Source of the DNA: Geosiphon pyriformis uo1
Lineage: Eukaryota > Fungi > Glomeromycota
Assembly: GCA_016748015.1 (NCBI GenBank)
Contig: JAAOMT010000097.1
Coordinates: 62,001-126,000, forward strand
Direction: 5' to 3'
DNA: 64,000 bases
How positions within the stretch are numbered: the first letter of the stretch is position 1; each line of letters starts with the position of its first letter. The translations under genes and the position numbers were made by a program. The notes under the pieces were generated by a model. That model was given only the letters and a program-made list of their open reading frames with translations. It was not told the DNA's origin and searched no databases. Shown here one piece after another: positions 53,700 to 64,000 of this stretch.

Positions 53700-55721
53700 T
53701 TTGTACACATGATATTATTAAAAGTGTTTTTTTTCTTAAACTATAATTATATCTTATATAATCAAGTATATATGTTAATGCAAATTGTATTTTCAATAAT
53801 TTAATTTTTGAGCTATTTATAATGTTGTATTTAATGTTATTTTTATATAATAAATTAATTACCATAAACTAAAAAATTAAAAAAAAAAAATAAGAAATTA
53901 ATATTTTATTTTATTTTTTTATCTAATAAATATAGTTTAATCATTATTTATTATAATATAATTATACTGAATTTTAAAATAAGCATGAATTATGTATTTT
54001 TTATATATATAATCAGATATTTAAATCTAATTAAAATTAAACTACATTAAAATTAATAAAGAAAACTTATTTTAAATAAATATTTTATATATATATATAA
54101 TCAAAATATAATTATTTTTAATTATATTACTTATCTATTTAACAATATTATTAATACTAAATTTAATTATAAAAAACTAAAGTTTTTAATAATTATTATA
54201 TAATTAAATATTTTTGATTTATTTTATTATTATTAGTATATTTAACTTTAAATTTAATAATTAAAATAACAAAACATTAATAAGATTAATAAAAAATTTA
54301 ATTAGCAAAGTTAAAGCAACCAACTTTAATTTTTAAAAAACCAGCTTAGAATTAACTATAGAATTAATGACAATAACAATAATAATAGTTAAAAACACAA
54401 TAATAATAAAAACCAATAAACAAAAACTTAAATATAAAACTTAAAATTAGCAAAATAAAATTCAAAATTTCTGAAATTTTTTATAAACTTGAATAAAAAA
54501 TTAAAAAAATTAACAATAATATATTGTAATTATTGAATAAAATTAGTAAATAAGAAATAAAACAGATATAACTATTAACTTAAAAAATCAAATTATTAAT
54601 TTTAAAATATTATAACCAAAAAAAATTAATTAATTTGGTTTTAATAATATCTTAAAAATAATAACTTTTCTTTAATTAATTAATTAAAAAATTAATATTG
54701 TTTTTGTTTATAAAAATAAATTAACAATTAAGAATAACTATAGCTATATTAAAAAATTTAAAGTAAATAATAGCATAAAATAAAAGAATTATAAATTATT
54801 AATTTATTCAAATATTTTTATTTTTTACCTTTTACATAATAAATAAACTTTTAGAATACATATTTTTTTTGAAATAAAGTATATACTAAACATTATATTA
54901 ACATCAAATAACAGTTTTTTGTTAAATGACAATTTTAATAATATTATAGTATTAGTTATACAATTTATATTAAAGGCAGACTTTAACAATAATAAAGAAA
55001 AAAAACTTGATAAAATTGATTGTTATATTTCTGAAAAGATGGTTAATAGAAAAATAAATATAATAGCATAGTAAAAAGTATATTACAAAAAATATTTATT
55101 TAAATTAATATTTTATTAATAATTTAATATTTAGGCACATCAAACACAAATTTTTTATTTTGTATATATGTTTTGTAATTATTTGGCAATCTAAAAATTA
55201 TTTATTATTTCTAAATACATCTTTTCTGCAAATAGAAATATGATTACAGATATAAAGTCTTGCTTAGTGTCTAAAACTATAAAAACAGCACAATGTCTTT
55301 GATTATGAATACAAGAATTATTAAAAAAAAATTAAATAATAATATAATATAATATAATATTTTTAATAGTTAAACTTGAACATGTTCATAAACTTTAAAC
55401 CAAACTTAACCTAAACTTGTTATATGTGTTTAAGTTCAGTTTAAGTTTAGTAACTTTAAGTCTGATTCAAATTCAAGTTCAAAATTTTGCCAAATTTTTT
55501 GTTTAAGTTTGGTTTAGTTTAGTGGTTTAATTAAACTTAAATTAAACGAGACTGAATATTAAAACTCTATTAAAAAGTTATTTTTTGCATAAAAACAACT
55601 AATAAACTATTGTTTTTTATTAAATTATTTAAATATATAATAGTTTTATTAATATAAAACTTAATATTAAATAATTAAAACTATTATTTAAACATTTTTT
55701 TTTATTAATAATAATATTTAT

Positions 55722-55768
<47 letters not shown>

Positions 55769-56480
55769 ATTTTGACTTAAATTTAGTAATTTTTAAATTT
55801 AACCTATTAATAAACTTGTTAATATTATTAAACTTAATTTAAAACCAAAACATAAATCTTTTAATTTTATAATTAAGACAAAAAAAACATTAATTAATTT
55901 AGTATTTAATTAAATCAAAATATTAATAAACTTAAAAAATAATTTAAGTAATAAAATTCAATTAGTTAAGTTAAATTCCAAAAAAACCAAACAAGAATTA
56001 ATTATAAAATTAATATTATTATTAATAAAAACAATAAAAAAAATAACAATAAAAAAACAAAAGCTTTAATATAAGACTTTATATTACAAAAAATAAATTA
56101 AAAACTCAAAAATTATTAATAAACTTAAAAAAATATTTTAAAAACAAAAACAAAATATTTTATAATTAATAATTAAATATTTATGCTTTAATATTTAAAA
56201 CAATATTAATATTTAAAAATTTTTACTAAATACAATATTTTTTTAAAGTATTAATTTTTACAATAATAGTATTTTAGTTTTTTTAAAATTAAAAGTAATA
56301 ATTATATATAAAAAACATTATTAAACTTTTTTGCATAAAATTTGCATTTTAATTTTTTAATATTTTTAAAATTACAAATTTTTTTGGTTTTTATTTTTAA
56401 TTTTAATCTTATTATTGTGGTTTTTAATAATATTTTTAGTATTTTTAACAAAGTTTTTAACAATATATTTTTGTTTATTT
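53700..56480. repeat. Extremely AT-rich eroded repeat block, including (TTA)n at ~55724-55767
   Basis: Near-complete loss of G/C; no recognisable coding frame. Confidence 0.55.
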
Positions 56481-56485
56481 TAAAG

Positions 56486-59400
56486 TTTTTTTTTTATTAG
56501 ATTTAATAAGTAAGACTTAACCACTAATTAAAAATTAGGAACAAATTAAGTATTCCAGTATTAAATATAATTTATGTACTTTTTACATATAATCAACTAT
56601 TTAAACCAGTTTAGACTATGCTAAGTTGATACAACAGAAGAAAACTTACCCAAAGATGACATCTTTTAAATAATATCAAACAAAGTAACACTACAAAGAA
56701 CCAATCTAATCAGCCATTCAGTTGTTTTTATAAGATCAAATTTAACACTAATAGACTTATGTGCCCAAAGAAACATCAAATTAAAAAATGTATTATTATC
56801 TATACTAATTAAATACTCTGAATTACCAAACATATTAACATCATCTATACAGCACTTTTTTTTCAAAAAAACTATCTCTTTTTTCAACTTATCAACAACT
56901 TTGCTAAAAAAATCCAGATAAATCATAAGCTCATTTACTTTTAAACTAAAAACATTGCTAGAGATAAGATTATTTTTAATAAAATATTCAAACACAATAA
57001 CCAATGTATTAACAGATTTAACAATTAATTCAACCAAAACCAACAACTTAATTAAATCAGATTTTAGAAACACCAGCCAAAAAAAAATTAGAAGATCATT
57101 AACAGTTACAGAAAAAAAAACAGAAGTTGTCAAAGAAAAAAACTTAAAAGAATCAAAACAAGCAAAAGCCTTAACATAAAAAGCATTGCTTACAAAACAT
57201 AATTTAAATAACTTGAGAGCCATAAAAGAAGAAAATAAGACAACTATACAGTTTGCAATTAAATATCTCAACTCTTAACATTTAAAAGAGTGTTAACAAT
57301 TGGGAATTTTCTACCAAATACAGCTTTTTCTTAATATATTAGTCTTGATAATTGCAGAATCCAAATCAACTTAAGAGCCAAATATAATCAAAGCAAACCA
57401 GAAACAATGATCAGAATTAGGTAAATAAGGAATAAAACATGTCTGACCACCAACTTGAGAAACTATATCATTAATTTCAAAAGCAGTAAATCCAAAAAAA
57501 AGATTAATTAACTTGGCTTTAAACCTATTATAAAACAAAATAGTCTTATTCTGATTTACCAAAGAAAGAATCCTAATACTATTCTTGCCTATCAAAAATG
57601 ACCAATAATCCAAAATAGTATTATACTTAGAAAAAAGAAAAATAATACATAATTAAAAAGAGAAAAAAAAACACATGATTATAGATTAGCCAATTAAAAT
57701 AGAAAAAAAGAAAAAAAAAGAATTTTCAGAAAATTCTGGATGTTTTAAGAAATCCAGGATTATTCAAAAAATCCAAGATATTTCAGAAACGTTAAGAATT
57801 TTTTAAAAAATTCTGGATGTTTCTGAAAATCAAGAATTTTGTAGAAAATCTAGCAAAGAAAAAAAATTTCTCATATAAAGAGAATTATATATATATAGTA
57901 GTAGTGTTAAAAACAAGAAAAGTACTAATTTTCTATTCAGAATAAAAATCTCTATCTCTATCTCTCCTTTATTATTTCAAGAATAGTTACTATTAATTGA
58001 AGTAAAGATCATCAAAGATTAAATAAAATCATACTTATTATCACTTTATATATATTACTATTATTTAATTAAAAATTTAATTTAACTTTCCATTATTAAC
58101 ACTTCATGTTGATAATATCTAACACTTAATTACACTAGAACAATAGCTCTTAATTACAGCTATTGATAGAATACTAACTTTATTGCCTTGGCTTATATTT
58201 TATTTCTTTTATTTTCTTTTGTATTTTATTTCTTTTGTTGTTTATTAATTAATTAAGAATTAAGTACTGAATTATTGACAGCAAGGATAGCCTGGTAAAA
58301 GACCCAGAAATAAGGGTAGGAAACTTGAAAACTAAAGATAGCTTACCAGAAAAGCATAATTGCCAGAATAAACTGGCTATTATGTTAAAAAATAAAATTT
58401 GACAGAATTGTGATTCCAAAAAACTACTGATAAAACAACCATTAAATCTCTGTCTATTATATAAAAAACTCTAACCTAAAATTTTCAGATCATAAAAACT
58501 TTTAGATACCACTATCAATATAATTATTAAGCACTAAATTATGAATTTATTATTTAATTTAAAACTCTAAATAATTACCTGTAATAGTGAATACAGCAAA
58601 ATTTAACTTTTTAAAATAAACAACTACATATTGTCAAATGCTAGCAGGTTTCAGTATAACATAAACAATATTACAAAACACACCAAAAGCTGTTTTAATA
58701 TTAGTAGCAAAAACACTCAAAGGCATATTATACAGCATAACAGCAGCAGAAAGGGAACCAAATTCAAAAACTACCAAAGATTTGGCAATTTTAAGAGTGG
58801 CTAAGCAAACAGAACTTATAAACTCAACCAAAAATACAGCTTTCAAAGACACTTGAGAAGCAAACTCCACATAAAAAAGCTTTATATTGTCTTTTAATAC
58901 TAATTTTACACTCAGAAAACCATGTACAGACTGAAAAACAGCCTTAACATACATTAATTTAATCTTGAAAATAGCACTAAGTACTAGAGTAGAGGCCACT
59001 CACCTAGTAAATTTTTGACAATTAGCAATAGTTTCTTAAGCACCACCAGTAACAGCACCAAAAACCAGAAGAAAAGATGATTCAGTTTCTATTTGGTCAA
59101 CTTAGTTTTCAAGAACAGATAACACTATAGGAAATAGTTGTTTTGTTTTTAAAACCAGTAATAATTTACCAGAAAATGTTATATTTGACAACACAATAAG
59201 TGGTTGATCTTGGCCTATTTTGGATAATATGCTGAATAATGCTATAAAAATTTTACCTAAAATTTTATTGGAAACCACAAACAAATTCGGTGTAACAATA
59301 GCAAAAACAAACAACTGCTTTCACTTTTCTGAACTTTTGATTTTTTTGATTATTTTTTTTAAAAAAAATATGCTAGCAACATCTGGTATAGTAACTATAG

Positions 59401-59600
59401 AAAAAAAAACCAGTTTGTTGACTGGTTTATTATTAAAAATTTTTGGGTTCTTTAAAGAAATAGAGACAATACTGGAACTAACCCAAGTGTGTCTCTTTAA
59501 GAGAACTTTAACTAATGAAAGACCAGTCAAAAATAAAAAAGTTGCTTTAATAGCTACTAAAAGCAGCTTTTCATGATTATTAAATAAAAAAAAAACTTTT
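56486..59600 (-). mobile_element. Degenerate ORF1-only non-LTR element (HAL1-like), interrupted by a solo LTR
   Basis: ORF1-like fragments (AVFQSVHGF, YWSFLIGKNSIR, GGQTCFIP, eroded CCHC at ~57250-57290) similar to the ORF1 relic at 9.2-10.0 kb. Stop at 56621, then ~125 nt and AATAAA merged into A10. The 5' end is approximate. Confidence 0.72.
57619..58586 (+). mobile_element. Solo LTR, same family as 10778-11559
   Basis: Shared blocks (TATATATATAGTA...AAACAAGAAAA; TTGACA...ATAGCCT; AATAAACTGGCTATTATG; TAAATAATTA.CTGTAATA); eroded termini TATTATAC...GTAATA; removing it restores the host ORF1 frame. Confidence 0.8.
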
Positions 59601-60721
59601 AAAATATTGTTACCAGTAAAATTTTAGCTATTAATTAGCATAAAATTACTCTTCTAATTCCTAATATTAATTAGTATATATTATTATTATTTCAATTATT
59701 ATTTATTAGTTAATCAAATTATCAAATATTATTATTCAAATAATAATCCAATTTGTACTATAGAAATTAAAATGATCAAATTACACAATATTCTAAATCA
59801 TTTAATATAGTCAAAATTTGCCGAAATTAATAAAAATTGGCCAAAATAATCAATAGTTTATAGAAATAACTTTTAGTTTGCAGAAATTATAGCAAAGAGA
59901 AAAGTGCAAGTTTAAAGACTAGTACTATAGCAAGTTGTATAAAAGAAAAGCTTTTCTCTTCAAGGAAATATATCTTATTTTAAATATTTTAATTAGAAAC
60001 AAATCATCTATTACATATTCTTACAAAATCAAATAAAAATTAAAATATTCAAAAACCAAATCCTTAAATTATTATACTTAAAATTCACAAAACTTCAACT
60101 AATGTTTTGATTAACTACCAATTTCAATAATCTGTTAGTGATTCCAGACCTGAATAGAAAACGTTTCTCTTGACAAAATTTTATTTTTTTTACATTTCTT
60201 TTATTTTTTTTACTTTTTTCATTATAATTATTAAGGTAGCTTACAGACAAGATTTTTGTAAAAGAGTTGACTTTTACAGCAAAGTAACTACACATTTTTA
60301 GTAAGCTTTCAGACAAACAATTTCTGAGAAAGAGTTGACATTTATTACAATATAATTACACAAAGTAACTAACATGAAATTGGTTATTCTACTTATAAGC
60401 CCAACAGTTCAAATTATAAGAGATAATTTAAAGATAAATTTAGTTATTAAAGGTCCAACTACTTCCAAAAAATATGAATTTACAATCAATAGACATTAAT
60501 AACATTTAAAAAAAAAGACCAAAAACCTTTAGTAATAACATTCTGCCTAGTTGCTTTTACAATAAAGAAAGCTCTTTTGGTTGAAATTTTATTAGATATC
60601 TTAGAAAAAATATCAGATACAGTTTTTTTACTCTTTGTTCTGCTCATGGTCATAAAAATTAAGGAAATAAAGAGTTCTTTTTAATATTTTTAAAGTTTTT
60701 AAACTTATTTTTACTATTTAA

Positions 60722-63700
60722 TTTTTTTTTTATTACAAATTTTACAAGTGAAACCCAACTGCTATCTAGTACATAGAACCAGACTAAGTGAATCAAACTA
60801 AATGCAGCTTATGCACTGACTAGATGTGACCAGCTACTTGGGCCAGACAAGGCATCACTACATATCTATATTAACAAAAACATTACCACCTAAACCAAAA
60901 AAAAATAACACAATCTGTATCTACTAAATTTAATAGCAAAAGATTCTATAACACTAAGCATATAGACAATCCTGACTGATAACACAGATACCACACATTG
61001 AAACAAACCTAAAACCATACTGGTATCCTCAATTAAGCCAGCTTTTTCTATATTTACCCTATGTTTGGCCTTAACAATCCACATCTTAGTATAATGCAAC
61101 TTTATCATAAATCTAATGAATTCCACAAAAGCCAGAGCAGCTTTACTCTTTCTCTTAAAAACCAAAGCAGCTTCAACATACCAATTTCTCATCACAAAGC
61201 CTTTGCAAACAATGGTGTACAGACCCACATCCGAAGAACATACTGTAAGTAAACACAAAATGGTGAAATCAGATAAACATAAAAAACTGGACAATAACAT
61301 TGATCTCTCAACAGCCTCAACCAAAATGTCTTCATGGAGACCAGAGTCATCAGAACAAGTAAAATCATGATCAGATAACTCCATCTCACCACATAACAAG
61401 CACAACATTTCAGGATAACTTCTATTATACAATCTTTTTTTAATTGTAACCAGTAGTCTTCTATAAACTGCCTTCATTAAATAAGTATGCAAATTGGCTA
61501 ATTTTTTGCTAGTAAACCTCAAAAGCATATGTAAATCAAAGTGCCAAACTATTGTGATATGCCCCCAATTTATCTCCTTAATCATAGTACTTGGAACTAT
61601 ATTAAAATTAGGACCAGCCTTCTAATAAACATGGCAAATTGATTGGTGCAGATTACAAACAAAATAACAAACATTGCCAGATACAGCAGTTCTTTCAGCA
61701 ACCAAAAATCTCTCCCAAATTCTAACCAGCAAAAAAAGAGAAGAAGAAGTAGCATTATTAGCCAATACATTAGTCTTAACATTGCCAGACATATCTGAAT
61801 GGCTCTTAACTTTTACCTATTTAATTGAAATATTTTTATTTTAAAAAAGATTGATGATCTGCAATTTTTCAATTCAACATTAGTTATGGAAGTTAGATAC
61901 AGTAAAAGAAGCCTCAGACACATAGATATTGATTGCCAATTGGCTATCTAAGTACAAAACTACAGAGCATAAAAGTGGAACACACTCTAAAGTCAAAGCC
62001 ACAGTCTGTAGTTCAGTTAAAATAGAGAACAGAAGCCCAGTTATCTTAACCCCAATACTCATGTTTGCAGCCAGAAAGTACACAGCTGCCCCACCTACCA
62101 TCTTAATAGAACCAGCATTTTTCAAAGACCTATTTGTGTAGATTTTAATGCAATTAGACCATATCTTTAACAAACTATTACGAACAAAAGAGAATTTTTC
62201 AGAATCTAAAACATCTAGCATATTTTTCCCAAAGTCAGCATTAGCTTTGACCTTTAAAGAAACAAAAATGTTCATGAAATCAGATGTCAATCTAAACCAG
62301 TAAGGCACAAGGTTTTTTAAATCTAACTGCTTCCAATGCTGAAATTTTTTCCAGTTTATTACCTTTCTCTTCTTGTCAAGAAGTCTGTTACCAAATGCAA
62401 CACCAAACCACTTCAACAAAAAAACAGATTTGTAGTACAAAAACTAACCCAAAATACCAGACATTGGAAAAATACCAGACCCATGAAAGGCACAAAGCAG
62501 ATTGTTTGCCAGTGACAACTCATTCACCAAAAAAATTTTCACCACTTCTGCCAAAAAATTATTCACAAGACTAACACATAACCTAACAAAAAATTGTAAG
62601 AGATTTAGAAGAAACCAACCCAAAACTTGTAAATTCAAGAATCTATGATCAAACAAACATCTAAGAATACCATAGCCATTGACAAATAAAATTAGAGAAG
62701 CCAGCTTTCTTTCAGACTGCATCTGTTCAAAAGGCTTTAAACCATACAAAAATAGATAATACAAGACTTTACTGGGGAAGTTACATAGTAAACTAGCCTT
62801 GGCTTTAAGACTTTTCTTAATTATCATGTCCCACTTATAACATACATCCAAAGAAACAAAACTAAACTATGTGCAATAGCTAATAATTGGTTGCAAAACT
62901 GCCAAAACTAAGTAACAAAATTGTTTATCTGTAATGGCTTTTCTTAACACCACATTAGAAAAAAACCTGACATCCACATAAGTTTGAGCCAAACTGGACT
63001 TAGAGAGATTTTTAGTTGATAAAAAGATACCCAGATATCAGTGTGACTCACTCTTTTTGGCAATTGAGATTGGCAAGCCATTAATTAACAGTAAAGTATT
63101 CTTAACATCTTGATTGATGGGAATAACCACTGTCTTATCATTATTTATTGAAATATCATTGACCTTAAAAAACTCACTAGCAATATTCAAAATATACTGT
63201 GTGGAAGCCTGACAGCTCCTAATTCAAATTGTATTATCTACAAAGGCACCAGCAGCCAAGAAAAAAGTTTTCCTTCCAACTGTCTCAATCCTGTCAAACT
63301 TCGCCATAAATCTAGTATCTATTCTGTATTCACACAAGTACTCATGTTTCTTCACTTCACACAAAAGCAGATCATAAAAAATTCTCCACAGGAACAGAAA
63401 AAAGACCTCTCTTTGATCCAACCTATCATGTACCCTATAGCTTTCTGAGAGCCCAAAGTCAGTTATCATCTTGTTAATCCTATCTTCATAAATATTGCCA
63501 AAAAACTGGATAAACTGATCACACATTTTGATGCAACACAAGCTTGCCCTCAAATGATGCCAGCCTACTAAGTTATAAACTTTATGCATATCCTATAGTA
63601 CCAGCCAAAGTTCTCTATTTTTTTCTAGGGCATCTTCAATAATGGATTCAATTGCAAAAATAGGAGACTGGATAGAAATACCCTTTAATACCGAAAAATT

Positions 63701-64000
63701 ATTATTATAGAGAATACCAAATTTGCTACAAACCAAAGATATCTGGTCAGAAAGAATCTTAAATAAAATTTTACATGTAATATTGACTAATATGATAGGC
63801 CTAGTATTTGTCAAAACACTATTCCATTTATAAGACTTTAGGATTATTGAAATCCATGCTCTCTTCTAGGCAGCTGAAACCATGCCCAAACTCAAACACA
63901 AATTCAGTAGCCTCAAAAGGCAGACCAATATCTTTTTACCACAATGTTTCTAAAGTTTATTAGGTATTTCAGACAATCCAGCCACTTTATTATTTGGCAA
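60722..64000 (-). mobile_element. Degenerate LINE, 3' half: RT + RNase H + C-terminal Cys motif + 3' UTR + poly(A); runs off the window
   Basis: RT motifs TNTRPI...KIL.KILSD, HDRLDQREVF (for G..QG..SP) and AFVDNT (for xxDD); RNase H YTNRSL (for YTDGS)...ELQ...LDSQ; CLLCGEMELSDHDFTC; AATAAA-A10 at ~60722-60734. Confidence 0.92.

Noticed and set aside
57720-57850. CRISPR-like short repeats
   Set aside because: Degenerate tandem units without unique spacers, inside an LTR of a eukaryotic genome; no cas genes.
57613-58588. Perfect 6-bp direct repeat AATAGT as the TSD of the insertion
   Set aside because: The second LTR copy shows that the element itself ends in TGTAATA, so the repeat overlaps the element ends; a 4-bp TSD fits both copies.

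Overview
Eukaryotic (fungal) nuclear DNA, not prokaryotic. Islands of intron-rich genes (mostly short GT-AG introns) alternate with extremely AT-rich, C/G-eroded retroelement relics. Gene structure and LINE families look like an early-diverging, Glomeromycotina-type fungus (inference only). Protein genes: DUF3245-like protein, MetAP2, J-domain protein, glutaminyl-tRNA synthetase, PhyH-family dioxygenase, RAD51, a disordered nucleoporin-like protein, two paralogous SDRs, a hypothetical protein, MED6, D-2-hydroxyglutarate/D-lactate dehydrogenase, an intronless FHA checkpoint kinase, an OSCA/TMEM63 channel and BFR2/AATF. RNA genes: an intron-containing tRNA-Ile(TAT) and an H/ACA snoRNA (snR80-like) inside the long MetAP2 intron. 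Mobile DNA: two LINE relics, an ORF1-only (HAL1-like) element and two related solo LTRs nested in them. The most intriguing unexplained stretch is a ~700-nt CpG-retaining, hairpin-rich non-coding segment at 18.8-19.5 kb whose core can be drawn like a telomerase RNA template domain (hypothesis only). All exon boundaries and base pairings were read by eye; no database search was run.
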